The translations under genes and the position numbers were made by a program. 64,000 nt of DNA from the NCBI GenBank assembly GCA_045863235.1, contig BTUM01000023.1, positions 1 to 64,000 of the forward strand. The letters are read 5' to 3'. Of this stretch, positions 26,430-36,689 are shown piece after piece. Under the pieces are notes generated by a model that ran no database searches, was not told the origin of the DNA, and saw only the letters and a program-made list of their open reading frames with translations. Position 1 is the first letter of the stretch. Each line of letters opens with the position of its first letter. The stretch is from Candidatus Xenobia bacterium (GTDB lineage Bacteria > Vulcanimicrobiota > Xenobia > Xenobiales > QWHO01).

Positions 26430-27767
26430 ATGGGAAAGCTGTTTGGAACCGACGGAATCCGGGGCATCGCCAACTCTGAGCTCACGCCCGAGCTGCTCTT
26501 CAAGATCGGGCGGGCCCACGCCCACTCGCTCAAGGCCCACAGGCCGCGGCCCCGCATCGTGGTCGGGCGCGACACGCGCATCAGCGGCGACCTGCTCGAG
26601 GCGGCCTATACCGCCGGGGCCTGCGCCTCGGGGGCGGACGTGGTCAGCGTGGGAGTGCTGCCCACTCCCGGAGTGGCCGTGCTCATCCCCCTCTTGCAGG
26701 GCGACTCGGGAGCGGTGCTGTCGGCCAGCCACAACCCGGTGCAGGACAACGGCATCAAGCTCCTCTCCCGGGATGGCTACAAGCTCGAGGACGCGGTCGA
26801 GGCCGAGATCGAGCGGCTCATTGACGAGGCCGACCAGCTTCCCCGGCCCACCGGGGCCGAGGTGGGAAGACGGCTCGAGGAGAGCAGGGCCGAGGACCTG
26901 TACCTGGACCACCTGACGAAGGCCGCCCGGGGGCGCCTGGAAGGCCTCAAGGTGGTGCTCGACTGTGCCCACGGCGCAGCCTACCATGTGGCCCCGCGCC
27001 TCTTCCGCGAGCTGGGGGCCCAGGTCGAAGTCATCGCGGCCAGCCCGGACGGCACCAACATCAATGTCAAGTGCGGCTCCACCCACCTGGAAGGGCTGCA
27101 GGCCGAGGTGGTGGCCCGGAAAGCGCGCCTCGGGCTGGCCTTCGACGGAGATGCCGACCGCTGTCTGGCGGTGGACGAGCAGGGCACGGTGGTGGACGGC
27201 GATCAGATGATGGCCCTCTTCGCCAACTGGCTCAAGACTCAGGGGCGGCTGCGCCACGACCTGGTGGTGGCCACCGTGATGAGCAACGTGGGTCTGGAGA
27301 TCGCCCTGCGCGAGAAGGGAATCCGCCTGCTCAGAACGCGCGTGGGCGACCGCTACGTGCTCGAGGAGATGAAGGCGAGGAACGCCGTGCTGGGCGGCGA
27401 GCAGTCGGGTCACCTGATCATGCTCGAGCACGGCACCACCGGCGACGGCACTCTGGCAGCCCTGATGCTGGCCACTCTGGTGCACGAGAGCGGTCAGCCG
27501 CTCAGCGCCCTGGCGGCCGGCATGCCGCGGCTGCCTCAAAAGCTGGTCAACGTGCGCGCCCGTCACAAGGACAAGCTGGACTCAGACGAGGAGATTGGCG
27601 CGGCCATTACCCGCCTGGAGGGCCGCCTGGCCGAGCGGGGGCGCATCCTGGTCCGTTGCAGCGGCACCGAGCCGCTGGTTCGGGTGATGGCCGAGGGGCC
27701 CGACCTGGCCGAGCTCGACGACGTGGTGGGCGAGCTCTCGCGCCTGATCGAGCAACGCCTGGGCTAA
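26430..27767 (+). CDS. glmM: phosphoglucosamine mutase
   Basis: LFGTDGIRG, SASHNP, DGDADR, GGEQSGH, SGTEPLVRVM. Confidence 0.95.
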   Translation: MGKLFGTDGIRGIANSELTPELLFKIGRAHAHSLKAHRPRPRIVVGRDTRISGDLLEAAYTAGACASGADVVSVGVLPTPGVAVLIPLLQGDSGAVLSASHNPVQDNGIKLLSRDGYKLEDAVEAEIERLIDEADQLPRPTGAEVGRRLEESRAEDLYLDHLTKAARGRLEGLKVVLDCAHGAAYHVAPRLFRELGAQVEVIAASPDGTNINVKCGSTHLEGLQAEVVARKARLGLAFDGDADRCLAVDEQGTVVDGDQMMALFANWLKTQGRLRHDLVVATVMSNVGLEIALREKGIRLLRTRVGDRYVLEEMKARNAVLGGEQSGHLIMLEHGTTGDGTLAALMLATLVHESGQPLSALAAGMPRLPQKLVNVRARHKDKLDSDEEIGAAITRLEGRLAERGRILVRCSGTEPLVRVMAEGPDLAELDDVVGELSRLIEQRLG

Positions 27768-27899
27768 TGTGCTCGCACTTTGGTTTCGGGCTAGCACAAT
27801 CTGACGAACGCGCTGGAACGCAGTTCCGGCGCGTTGTAAAGTGCAAGACCAAAGGCCTTGCACTTTAATGTGCTCTCCTATCAACAGAGCGCCACGAAG

Positions 27900-28232
27900 T
27901 CAGCCGTGCTCCCAACTCCGCATCTTGACGGGCGTCACCTCGATGTAGACCACGCCCTCGGCCAGAGCTCCATCGCGTCCGGAAGCCCGGCGCACGCGCT
28001 CGAGCTCATCGCCTGACTCCACCAGCCGGGCCGTGCCCTGGATAAAGACCACCAGGTGGGGCTTCTCGGCCCGGCCGTTGTCCACGTACAAGCTGACGCG
28101 CGGGTTGCGCAGGAGATTGCGCACCTTGCGCGTGGCCCGGCGGCAGCCCAGGTAGAGCTTGCCCTCGAAGGGGAAGTAGCCCATCGGCACCGAGTGGGGA
28201 AAGCCGTCCTCGTCCAGGGTCGTCAGCACCAT
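27900..28232 (-). CDS. pyridoxamine 5'-phosphate oxidase-like (split-barrel) protein; true start may be up to 28292
   Basis: LTTLDEDGFPHSVPM, KVRNLLRNPRVSL. Confidence 0.8.
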   Translation of the reverse strand: MVLTTLDEDGFPHSVPMGYFPFEGKLYLGCRRATRKVRNLLRNPRVSLYVDNGRAEKPHLVVFIQGTARLVESGDELERVRRASGRDGALAEGVVYIEVTPVKMRSWEHG

Positions 28233-28295
28233 CCAGCCGGGACGGCGCTCCAGGATGTCCAGCCCCTCCTCGGGGCTCAGGTGACGGATCAGGGG

Positions 28296-28763
28296 TTACT
28301 TGGGAGCCAGCATCCGCGCCAGGCCCAGGCAGAGCATGGCGCCCGCGGCGGCTCCAGGTAGCACCAGCAGCCAGCCGCCGTAGCTGAAGCCCACGACGGC
28401 TCCCAGCACCCCCAGCGCGGGAGTGATGTACTTTGCGATCATGTCGGTGTTTTTGACTTGTTTCTCAAAACACTCGGGGTGGTAGACGCGTTCGATGCCA
28501 GCGTTCACGGTGACCTTGCCGTTCGATTTGATGAGGGTCTTGCCGCAGATGCGGCACTCCATCACCTTGTTGGCCTCGCCGCAGGGGATGCAGAACAGGG
28601 GCTTTTGGAACTTGAGCGCGGCCAGCTCGAAGATGTCTTCCTGATTCATTTTTGTGTTGCACTTGGAGCAAGCGAACGGGAACGGCTCGTTGCAGTTCTT
28701 GCAGAAGGCGTCGATGGTGGGGTCGACGCTCTTCGTGCAGTTCCGGCACGGATAAACGGGCAT
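28296..28763 (-). CDS. multi-zinc-finger membrane protein
   Basis: Five CxxC plus one HxxC; two C-terminal hydrophobic helices. Confidence 0.75.
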   Translation of the reverse strand: MPVYPCRNCTKSVDPTIDAFCKNCNEPFPFACSKCNTKMNQEDIFELAALKFQKPLFCIPCGEANKVMECRICGKTLIKSNGKVTVNAGIERVYHPECFEKQVKNTDMIAKYITPALGVLGAVVGFSYGGWLLVLPGAAAGAMLCLGLARMLAPK

Positions 28764-28780
28764 GCCTTGCCTCCTAAAAC

Positions 28781-29122
28781 CTAAATGCTGTATGCCGGCT
28801 CGATGATGGCGGACATGGAGCCCTTGCAGCGCGGAAGTCGCGGGTCGGCTCCATACCCGTGAATGCGCGCCGCTTCCAACTCAGCCCGCTCACGATGGGT
28901 CGTGAAGACGATCACCCGCCCCGTGGTGTCGACTTCCTTCGCCATCAGGAAGCAGAGCTCGATGTCGTGGCCGAAAAGGCGATGCAGCATCTCGATGACG
29001 TATTCGTAGGTATGATCGTCGTCGTCGAGCAAGACGACGTTCCACGGTTCGAGCAGCTTGGGAACGCGCTCGACCGCTTCGATCTCCTCTCTTTCAAGCA
29101 CCGGAACGCTTTCGCCAGCCAT
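28781..29122 (-). CDS. clpS: Clp protease adaptor ClpS
   Basis: WNVVLLDDDDHTYEYVIEML..EVDTTGRVIV. Confidence 0.88.
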   Translation of the reverse strand: MAGESVPVLEREEIEAVERVPKLLEPWNVVLLDDDDHTYEYVIEMLHRLFGHDIELCFLMAKEVDTTGRVIVFTTHRERAELEAARIHGYGADPRLPRCKGSMSAIIEPAYSI

Positions 29123-29210
29123 GACCCTCCGAGAACCTCCTGGCCCGGCCGAGCAAGCCCGGACCATTATTTCGCCTCGGTACCAAAACCCAGACCAGTT
29201 AGAGTTCTCG

Positions 29211-31808
29211 CTAGGCCTGGTGGTACTCCTCCAGATGCACCGGAATCGAGTCGACTTCCCAGATCTCCTCGGCGTACTCGCGCACGGCCCGGTCGGAGGA
29301 GAAGTACCCCGTGCGGGCCACGTTGCGGATGGCCTTGCGGGTCCATTCGGCCTTCTCGGTGAAGGCCCGCTCGACGCGCTCCTGACAGGTCACATAGGCG
29401 GCGAAGTCGGCCAGCACCATGAAGCGGTCGGCTCCCAGCAACTCGGCCAGCAGGGGGTTGAAAACCCCCGGCTCGCTGGGAGAGAAGCGGTTGCGGGCGA
29501 TCATGTCGAGCACCTGGCGCAGGTTGGGGTCGGACTCATAGTAGGTATAGGGCTTATAGCCCCGGGCCTTCAGGTCGACCACCTCCTCGGCCTTGAGACC
29601 GAACAGGAAGAAGTTCTGGTCGCCCACCCGCTGGCGGATCTCCACGTTGGCTCCGTCCAGCGTACCGATGGTGAGAGCTCCGTTGAGGGCGAACTTCATG
29701 TTGCCGGTGCCCGAGGCCTCGTAGCCGGCCGTGGAGATCTGCTCGGACAGGTCGGCGCCCGGGATGATCTGCTCGGCCAGCGACACGCTGTAGTTCTCCA
29801 GGAACACCACCTTGAGCCGGTCGCGCACCACCGGGTCGGCGTTGATCACCGAGCCGATCGAGTTGATCAGCTTGATCACCAGCTTGGCCATGGCGTAACC
29901 AGGCGCGGACTTGCCGGCGAAGACGAAAGTTCGAGGAACGAAGGGAGCGTCCGGATTGCGCTTGATGCGGTTGTAGAGGTAGACGATGTGCAGCGCGTTG
30001 AGGTGCTGGCGTTTGTACTCGTGGAACCGCTTGATCTGCACGTCGAACATCGAATCGGTGGAAACCTCGATGCCAGTGCGGTTCTTGATGACGCTGGCCA
30101 GCCGCGCTTTGTTCTGCAGCTTGATGGCCGCAAACCGCTTCTGGAAGGCGGCGTCGTCGGCTTTGCTTTCGAGCGCCTTGAGCTTGTCCAGGTCGGTCAC
30201 CCAGCCGGGGCCGCACACCTCGTCGAGCAGTGCCGCCAGGGGCGGGTTGGACTGCTTGATCCAGCGCCGCGGGGTTACCCCGTTGGTCTTGTTGTTGAAG
30301 CGCTCGGGATAGAGCTCGGCGAACTCAGGCAGCACCCGGCTGCCGAGCAGCTTGGTGTGCAGTTCGGCCACGCCGTTCACCGAGTAAGAGCCGACCACGG
30401 CCAGATGGGCCATGCGGATCATGCGCGGCTGCTCCTCCACCAGCGACAGCTTGCGCAGCAGGTCGTCGCGGCCCGGGTTGCGGCGGCGCACCTCGTCCAA
30501 AAAGCGCGAGTTGATCTCGTAGATCAGCTCCAGGTGGCGCGGCAGCAGGCGCTCGAGGAAGGAGACCGGCCACTTCTCCAGGGCTTCCGGCAAGAGGGTA
30601 TGGTTGGTGTAGGCGAAGCTGCGCCAGGTGATGTCCCAGGCCTCGTTCCAGGTCAGGCGGTGGATGTCGAGCAAGAGGCGCATCATTTCGGGGATGGCCA
30701 GGGTGGGGTGGGTGTCGTTGAGCTGCATGGTGACCTTGTTGGGGAAGTCCTTGAAGGTCTTGTTCGTCTTGAGGTAGCGGCGCACGATGTCTTGCACGGT
30801 GGCGCTCACGAAGAAGTACTGCTGCTTGAGGCGCAACTCCTTGCCCTGCATCGAGTTGTCGTTGGGATACAAGACCTTGGAGATGTTCTCGGACAGTGTC
30901 TTGGCCTGCACTGCCACCTCGTAGTCACCCTGGTCGAACTCGCTGAAGTCGAGCTCTTGCTGGGCTCGAGCCCGCCACAGGCGCAGGTTGTTCACGGTGT
31001 TGTTGCCGTAGCCGGCGATGGGCGTGTCGTAGGGCACGGCCAGCACGTCGTTGCTGTCCACCCAGCGGATGCGGAAATTGCCGTCCACGTCCAGGTAGGC
31101 CTCGGTGCGGCCGCCGAACTGCACCCGGACGGCATATTCCGGCCGGGTGATCTCCCAGGGGTTGCCCAGGCGCAGCCAGTTGTCCGGACTCTCTACCTGG
31201 TAACCGCCCTGGATCTTCTGCTCGAAGATGCCGAATTCGTAACGGATGCCGTAGCCCATTCCGGGAATGGCCAGGCTGGCCATGGAATCGAGGTAGCAGG
31301 CGGCCAGGCGTCCCAGACCCCCATTGCCGAGGCCCGCATCGGGCTCCTGGTCGAGCGCTTCAGCCAGATCCACGTCCAGCTCTTTGAAGACCTCGCGGCA
31401 TTCGTCGTAGATTCCCAGATTGATCATGTTGTTGGCCAGCGAGCGACCCAGCAGGAACTCGGCCGAGAGGTAATAGACTCGCTTGGCGTCCTTGGCATAA
31501 TAGGCTTTCTGGGTCTCAATCCAGCGGCGCACCAGCCGGTCGCGCACGGTGGTGGCGATGGCCTTGAAGCGGTCGAGCGCCGTCCAGGTGCTGGTGTCCT
31601 TGGCCTGCAGATAGGCCAGGTTGTCCAGCAAGGCCCGCTTGAGTACTGGCACCGTCATTCCCGTGCGGTCGTCCTCGATGAGGATCTCGGTCACCGGGGT
31701 CTCGCGCTGCTCCGGCTTGGAGTTGGCTGCTGCAGGAGCTTTGCGGGCGGGAGCCGCTGGCTTCTTGGGAACGGATTTTCCTGATTCGGTGGGAGGTTTG
31801 CGGGCCAT
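29211..31808 (-). CDS. glgP: glycogen/starch phosphorylase
   Basis: GLGNGGLGRLAAC, QLNDTHP, EASGTGNMK, GTLDGAN; ATG at 31808. Confidence 0.96.
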   Translation of the reverse strand: MARKPPTESGKSVPKKPAAPARKAPAAANSKPEQRETPVTEILIEDDRTGMTVPVLKRALLDNLAYLQAKDTSTWTALDRFKAIATTVRDRLVRRWIETQKAYYAKDAKRVYYLSAEFLLGRSLANNMINLGIYDECREVFKELDVDLAEALDQEPDAGLGNGGLGRLAACYLDSMASLAIPGMGYGIRYEFGIFEQKIQGGYQVESPDNWLRLGNPWEITRPEYAVRVQFGGRTEAYLDVDGNFRIRWVDSNDVLAVPYDTPIAGYGNNTVNNLRLWRARAQQELDFSEFDQGDYEVAVQAKTLSENISKVLYPNDNSMQGKELRLKQQYFFVSATVQDIVRRYLKTNKTFKDFPNKVTMQLNDTHPTLAIPEMMRLLLDIHRLTWNEAWDITWRSFAYTNHTLLPEALEKWPVSFLERLLPRHLELIYEINSRFLDEVRRRNPGRDDLLRKLSLVEEQPRMIRMAHLAVVGSYSVNGVAELHTKLLGSRVLPEFAELYPERFNNKTNGVTPRRWIKQSNPPLAALLDEVCGPGWVTDLDKLKALESKADDAAFQKRFAAIKLQNKARLASVIKNRTGIEVSTDSMFDVQIKRFHEYKRQHLNALHIVYLYNRIKRNPDAPFVPRTFVFAGKSAPGYAMAKLVIKLINSIGSVINADPVVRDRLKVVFLENYSVSLAEQIIPGADLSEQISTAGYEASGTGNMKFALNGALTIGTLDGANVEIRQRVGDQNFFLFGLKAEEVVDLKARGYKPYTYYESDPNLRQVLDMIARNRFSPSEPGVFNPLLAELLGADRFMVLADFAAYVTCQERVERAFTEKAEWTRKAIRNVARTGYFSSDRAVREYAEEIWEVDSIPVHLEEYHQA

Positions 31809-31891
31809 AGGGTTCTCCTTCGGGCTGGCGGCCGCCTTTGGGCCGCGGGCTGCCATGGCCATTCCGAATGGAGGCCTGCGGTTCCTGCGCG

Positions 31892-32572
31892 TCAGCTCCC
31901 CGAGAGAAGGTCGGGCCTTCGTTCGGCTGTGCGGGCCAGAGCCTGCTCCCGCCGCCACTTTTCGATGGCGGCATGGTTGCCGGACAAGAGCACGGGGGGC
32001 ACGGCCATTCCCCGGAAGGTGGCCGGGCGGGAGTAGTGGGGGTGGTCGAGCAGTCCCTCGGCAAACGAGTCCTGGCGCACCGATTCGGCGTCGATGGCCC
32101 CCGGCTGCACCCGGATCAGGGCGTCGGACAGCACCATGGCGGCCAGCTCGCCGCCGCTGAGGACGTAGTCGCCGATGGAGACCTCCTCGTCCACCAGGGC
32201 CTCGCGGTAGCGCTCATCCAGTCCTTCGTAATGGCCGCACACCAGCAGGAGGCGGCTCTCGCGGGCCAGTCGGAAGACGGCCGCCTGGTCCAGCCTCGGC
32301 CCCTGGGGGGACATCAGGAGCACGCGCGGGCGCTCGGGGGCTAAGGCGGCGATGGCCTCGGTGGCCCGAAAGAGAGGCTCGGCCAGCAGCACCATCCCGG
32401 GCCCGCCCCCGTAGGGGGTGTCATCGACCTGGCGGTGGCGCCCCACGCCCCACTGGCGGAGGTTGTGCAGATGCACGGCCACCAGACCGGCCTGCTGGGC
32501 ACGGGCCGGGATGCTGGCGAACAGGGGCGCGAAGGTCTCCGGGAACAGGGTGAGGATGTCGAGGCGCAGCAA
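31892..32572 (-). CDS. trmD: tRNA (guanine-37-N1)-methyltransferase
   Basis: [33 protein letters not shown] start. Confidence 0.95.
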   Translation of the reverse strand: MLRLDILTLFPETFAPLFASIPARAQQAGLVAVHLHNLRQWGVGRHRQVDDTPYGGGPGMVLLAEPLFRATEAIAALAPERPRVLLMSPQGPRLDQAAVFRLARESRLLLVCGHYEGLDERYREALVDEEVSIGDYVLSGGELAAMVLSDALIRVQPGAIDAESVRQDSFAEGLLDHPHYSRPATFRGMAVPPVLLSGNHAAIEKWRREQALARTAERRPDLLSGS

Positions 32573-32576
32573 CCGG

Positions 32577-33149
32577 TCAGTCCTCGATGACCGGCACGGT
32601 GACCACCATGCGACCCCCGGCGAGATCCACCTCGTGGACATACTCGTCCACGGCGGGAATATAGATCTCCCCGGATGCGGTGCCCACCGCGTAGAGGTCG
32701 TGGGCGGGGGTCACCAGCACCTCGCGCAGCGTGCCCAGTCGCTGGCCCTGGCGGTCGAAGACCTCCAGGCCTTCAAGCTGGAAATGCCAGTACTCGCCCT
32801 CTTCCAGCTCCACCAGCTCGTCTTGAGGCACGGCCAGCAGGAAATTGCGCAGCCAGCCAGCCTGGTCCATGGAGTTCACTCCGGCCAGCTTGACCAGCAT
32901 CCGGCCGTGATGGGCCCGTGACGATTCCAGGGGCAGCACCCACACCTGCGAGGGAGCTTCCCGGGCCGCCCCGCGGGCGGGGGGGACGAGATGCACCTCC
33001 TCGGTTTGCTCGAAGCGCTCGGGGAAGTCGGTCAGCACCTCCACCGACAGCTCGCCTCGAACCCCGTGAGGCTTGAGCACCTTGCCGATGGCCACCAGCC
33101 CGTCGGCCGGGTGGGGCGAGGGCCCCCCCGACCAGCGCGCCAGGGTCAC
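32577..33149 (-). CDS. rimM: 16S rRNA processing protein RimM
   Basis: [30 protein letters not shown]; gene order. Confidence 0.92.
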   Translation of the reverse strand: MTLARWSGGPSPHPADGLVAIGKVLKPHGVRGELSVEVLTDFPERFEQTEEVHLVPPARGAAREAPSQVWVLPLESSRAHHGRMLVKLAGVNSMDQAGWLRNFLLAVPQDELVELEEGEYWHFQLEGLEVFDRQGQRLGTLREVLVTPAHDLYAVGTASGEIYIPAVDEYVHEVDLAGGRMVVTVPVIED

Positions 33150-33523
33150 GGGTTGTGGCGGATGGCCACCACGGTCCAGTCTTTCAGAACCAGCTCGCAA
33201 TTGAGCACCTGGCGCAGGTTGTCGCCCACCTTCACGGTGGCCGTTCCTTGATAGGTCGTGAGCGGGATCTCGGCCCCGTCCTTGACCTGCTCGGCTTCCT
33301 TCATGCGCCACTCGAGCTCGCTCTTCATGCGCGTGAGGCGGGCCTTCTCGGCGGCCACCCAGGGAGCGTCGGCGGCCTCGCCCTGGATCTGGTTGAGCCG
33401 TTCGAGATTGTCCTGGACCTGGGCCATGGAGCCCTGAACCTCCCCGCGCAGCTGGTTGCGGAACTGGTCGGTCATGATGACCTTGACCTGGATCGGGTGG
33501 GTGATGGTGACCTGGTCGCTCAC
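33146..33523 (-). CDS. ylqD: YlqD-family protein
   Basis: IQVKVIMTDQFR..VKVGDN..VVAIR; lies between khpA and rimM. Confidence 0.75.
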   Translation of the reverse strand: MSDQVTITHPIQVKVIMTDQFRNQLRGEVQGSMAQVQDNLERLNQIQGEAADAPWVAAEKARLTRMKSELEWRMKEAEQVKDGAEIPLTTYQGTATVKVGDNLRQVLNCELVLKDWTVVAIRHNP

Positions 33524-33747
33524 AGGATCTCCACCATGACTCGCTTGCCTTCGCGCAGCCCGGCGGCTTTCACGAGCGTGCGGATGGCCTGGGCGATTTT
33601 GCCCTGCTTGCCGATGACCTTACCCATGTCATCGGGCGCGACGCGCAACTCGAGAATGATCGAGCGCTCGCCCTCCACCAGGCTGACTTCCACCTCTTCG
33701 GGGGCGTCCACCAGCTGCTGGGCCAGGTAATGCAGTAGCTCTTTCAT
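33520..33747 (-). CDS. khpA: KH-domain RNA-binding protein
   Basis: DDMGKVIGKQGKIAQAIRTL. Confidence 0.92.
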   Translation of the reverse strand: MKELLHYLAQQLVDAPEEVEVSLVEGERSIILELRVAPDDMGKVIGKQGKIAQAIRTLVKAAGLREGKRVMVEIL

Positions 33748-33768
33748 GAGCTGATCCTCCCCTTATTT

Positions 33769-34089
33769 TTATGCGTTGGCGGGTTCGGGCTCGGGAGCCG
33801 GGGCCTTGGGCTTGGGGGGAGGGTAGACCGGATCGGCGCCGGCGAAATTCTTCCAGATGCCGGCCTTGACCAGCAGCAGCTTGACCGATTCGGAGGGCTG
33901 AGCACCCTTCTTGAGCCAGTCCAGCACGCGATCTTCCTTGAACATCACGGTGGGGGGCTCGGTGCGGGGGTTATAGTGCCCCAGAATCTCGATGAAACGG
34001 CCATCGCGCGGGCTACGCCCGTCGGCCGCCACCAGGCGGTAGGTGGGCTGCTTCTTCTTGCCGCAGCGGGTTAAACGAAGTCTGACCAT
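33769..34089 (-). CDS. rpsP: 30S ribosomal protein S16
   Basis: MVRLRLTRCGKKKQPTYRLVAADGRSPRDGRFIEILGHYNP. Confidence 0.97.
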   Translation of the reverse strand: MVRLRLTRCGKKKQPTYRLVAADGRSPRDGRFIEILGHYNPRTEPPTVMFKEDRVLDWLKKGAQPSESVKLLLVKAGIWKNFAGADPVYPPPKPKAPAPEPEPANA

Positions 34090-34146
34090 GACGTGTTGTT
34101 GTCCTCTCTTTGATGTGGATTCTCTCGGGTTGGGGTCTGCCAGGAG

Positions 34147-34255
34147 CCCGGCCGCAAACCCGTCGTGGACGCGGAGGAGCTACGCTCTCGGGGGCCCCTG
34201 CCCCCGCTCCCACGTCCGCCACGGGCGGTCGAGATCCTGGCCCAATATGTTGACT
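34147..34255. repeat. inverted copy of the central module of the 12482-12763 repeat
   Basis: gaggagctacgctctcgggggcccct is the reverse complement of aggggcccccgagagcgtagctcctc at ~12594. Confidence 0.8.
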
Positions 34256-34265
34256 GGCAAGGCCT

Positions 34266-35612
34266 CTAAAATGGCAGCTTGAAAGGAAAACCTCCCTTGC
34301 CACGCTTGGGAGGTTTGGAGAAAGTCTTCATGATCTTCTTGATCATCTCGAACTTTTTCAAAAGCTGGTTGATGTCCGAGACTTCCACGCCGGAGCCGCG
34401 GGCCACCCGGCGCTTGCGCGAGGCGTTGAGCACGTCCGGGTTGCGCCGCTCCCTGGGAGTCATAGACAAGATGATCGCCTCGATACGCTTCATCTCGCCT
34501 TCTCCCTGCTCCATGGCACCCGCCGGCAGGTTCTTCAGTTGACCGCCCAGGCCTGGCACCAGTTTGAGCAGATCGCCCATGGGGCCCATCTTTTTCATCT
34601 GGCGCATCTGCTCGAGGAAGTCCTCCAGATTGAAGGAGGCGTCGCGCAGCTTCTTCTCGAGCTTCTCGGCGGTATCCTCATCCATGGCCGCCTCGGCCTT
34701 CTCGATCAGGCTCAGCACGTCGCCCATCCCGAGAATGCGTCCGGCCATGCGGTCGGGGTGGAAGGGCTCCAGCGCTCCCAGTTTTTCGCCCACACCGATG
34801 AACTTGATGGGGCTGCCGGTAACCTGCCGCACGCTGAGAGCCGCGCCGCCGCGGGCGTCGCCGTCGAGCTTGGTCAGCACGATGCCGGTCACGCCCAGTT
34901 GCTCGGTGAAGGTCTTGGCGATGTTGACGGCGTCCTGGCCGGTCATGGCGTCGACCACCAGCAGCTTCTCCTGAGGCTGCACCGCATCGTGGGTTGCCCG
35001 CAACTCGGCCATCAGCTCCTCGTCGATGTGCAGGCGGCCGGCGGTATCGACCAGGACCACGTCATGGGCGTGCTGGCGGGCATACTTCAGGGCTTCGCTG
35101 GCGATCTCCACCGGGTTGGCTCCGCTGCCCATTTCGAAAACCGAGATGTCCAGCTGCTTGCCCAGCACCTGCAGCTGTTGAATGGCGGCCGGGCGGTAAA
35201 CGTCGGTGGCCACCAGCAGGGGCCGGTGGCCCTGGTTCTTCAAGTGCAGACCCAGCTTGCCGGTGGTGGTGGTCTTGCCGGCGCCGTGCAGGCCCATCAT
35301 CAAGATGACCGTGGGGGGCGTGGTGGCCATGTTGAGCCGGGCAGTCTCGCCGCCCATCAGCTCCACCAGTCCGTCGCGCACGTGCTTGACCACCAGCTGG
35401 CCGGGCGTGAGGCTCTTCCAGAGCTCTTCGCCCACGGCTTTCTTCTTGATGCCGTCCACGAACTCTTTGACCACGGGCAGGCTGACGTCCGCCTCGAGCA
35501 AAGCGCGGCGCACCTCTCGAAGAGCTTCCATCACGTCTTCTTCGGTGAGCTTGCCGCGGTTGCGCAGGCGCTTGAGAACGCTGCCGATTTTATCGCTGAG
35601 TGATTCGAACAT
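34266..35612 (-). CDS. ffh: signal recognition particle protein
   Basis: MFESLSDK, GAGKTT, DTAGR, TKLDGDARGG, SMTPRER. Confidence 0.97.
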   Translation of the reverse strand: MFESLSDKIGSVLKRLRNRGKLTEEDVMEALREVRRALLEADVSLPVVKEFVDGIKKKAVGEELWKSLTPGQLVVKHVRDGLVELMGGETARLNMATTPPTVILMMGLHGAGKTTTTGKLGLHLKNQGHRPLLVATDVYRPAAIQQLQVLGKQLDISVFEMGSGANPVEIASEALKYARQHAHDVVLVDTAGRLHIDEELMAELRATHDAVQPQEKLLVVDAMTGQDAVNIAKTFTEQLGVTGIVLTKLDGDARGGAALSVRQVTGSPIKFIGVGEKLGALEPFHPDRMAGRILGMGDVLSLIEKAEAAMDEDTAEKLEKKLRDASFNLEDFLEQMRQMKKMGPMGDLLKLVPGLGGQLKNLPAGAMEQGEGEMKRIEAIILSMTPRERRNPDVLNASRKRRVARGSGVEVSDINQLLKKFEMIKKIMKTFSKPPKRGKGGFPFKLPF

Positions 35613-35672
35613 GGCTAGGATTGACTGACACGGCCTTTCGGCCGCGCCTGGGCTGGCCCAGAATACCGAAAG

Positions 35673-35701
35673 AGTATAGACATCGCGCTCCGGCGTGTCA
35701 A
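35673..35701 (-). promoter_or_regulatory. sigma70-type promoter for ffh
   Basis: TTGACA-N17-TATACT on the minus strand. Confidence 0.75.
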
Positions 35702-36594
35702 CGGGTGAAAGCCCGGTAAACCCTGCTGGAGACACCTTTCCAGGTGGCTACGCCTGTCTCGCGGTCGGGAAACTCGCCCAGCAAGACCAGGATATAGTCT
35801 CCTCGCGGGGTGGAAACGATGCCTGCATCGTGCAGCAGGCCCGTCAACTCGCCAGTCTTGTGGGCCACGCGCGTGCCGGGGGGAAGCCCGGCGGGGATCA
35901 GCTCGTTTTTCGTCTGCTGCTCGAGCACCGCCCGCATGGCCTGGCTACCGGGCAACTTGTTGTCGGAGATCAGGGCGAGCAGCCGGACCATGTCCCGGGT
36001 GGAGGTGAGGTTGTCGCGCCCCTCGTCAATGGCAGAGAAGTCGAAGATGGTGCGCTGGACGGTCGTGTCCTCCAGGCCAAGCTCTTGCATGGCCCGCTGG
36101 ATCGAATCCATTCCCAGCCGTTCCAGAAGCATGTCGGTTGCCACGTTGTCGCTCTTGACGATCATCAGTCGCCCCAGGTCGGCCAGCTTCCAGCGCGTGC
36201 CGGCCGGGCCCTGGCCGATCTCCCCCGAGCCTCCGACTCGAAAGCGCTCCTCGAAAGTCATCTCCTCGTCCAGGGAGAGCTGGCCGGCCTCGGCCCGGCG
36301 GTACAGCTCCACCAGAATCGGCAGCTTCACCAGGCTGGCTGCTTCATAAGGTCGTTGCTCGCCGAGCCAGAGTCCCTTCCCAGAGCCAGGCTGTTGAAAT
36401 CCCACCGCCACTCCGGGTGAGGGCTGGCCGATGGCTTTTTTGACTGCGTCGGTTCGGTCCTCGAAACGAGGCGAAGGCTTGACGGAGGCGGTGGGAGAAG
36501 GCGAGGGTCTTGGCGCTGGCGCGGGGGCTGGGGAAGGAGCATTCGAGCAGCCGACCAGGAGAATCGCCCCCCATAACCAGAAAGCCCGACGCAT
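35698..36594 (-). CDS. class A beta-lactamase-like serine hydrolase lipoprotein
   Basis: Lipobox LLVGC; SLVK (SxxK), SDN, HKTG. Confidence 0.85.
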   Translation of the reverse strand: MRRAFWLWGAILLVGCSNAPSPAPAPAPRPSPSPTASVKPSPRFEDRTDAVKKAIGQPSPGVAVGFQQPGSGKGLWLGEQRPYEAASLVKLPILVELYRRAEAGQLSLDEEMTFEERFRVGGSGEIGQGPAGTRWKLADLGRLMIVKSDNVATDMLLERLGMDSIQRAMQELGLEDTTVQRTIFDFSAIDEGRDNLTSTRDMVRLLALISDNKLPGSQAMRAVLEQQTKNELIPAGLPPGTRVAHKTGELTGLLHDAGIVSTPRGDYILVLLGEFPDRETGVATWKGVSSRVYRAFTR

Positions 36595-36689
36595 GCGAGC
36601 GCACCTGCGACCTGGCCGCCCCCCCTTCCTTCTGGCCGGGCCTTTGAGTATAATGCTCCCCGTCAAAGTTTAAGACAAAGCAGAGACCC

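Noticed and set aside
27768..27930. glmS ribozyme after glmM (AGCGCC near 27887)
   Set aside because: No glmS downstream, core elements not in the right order, and the sequence runs into a convergent CDS
29058..31784. Long antisense ORFs (908 aa here; also 2228-4057, 49622-52093, 56255-58792 and others)
   Set aside because: Shadow frames of high-GC genes opposite well-supported CDSs, with no motifs
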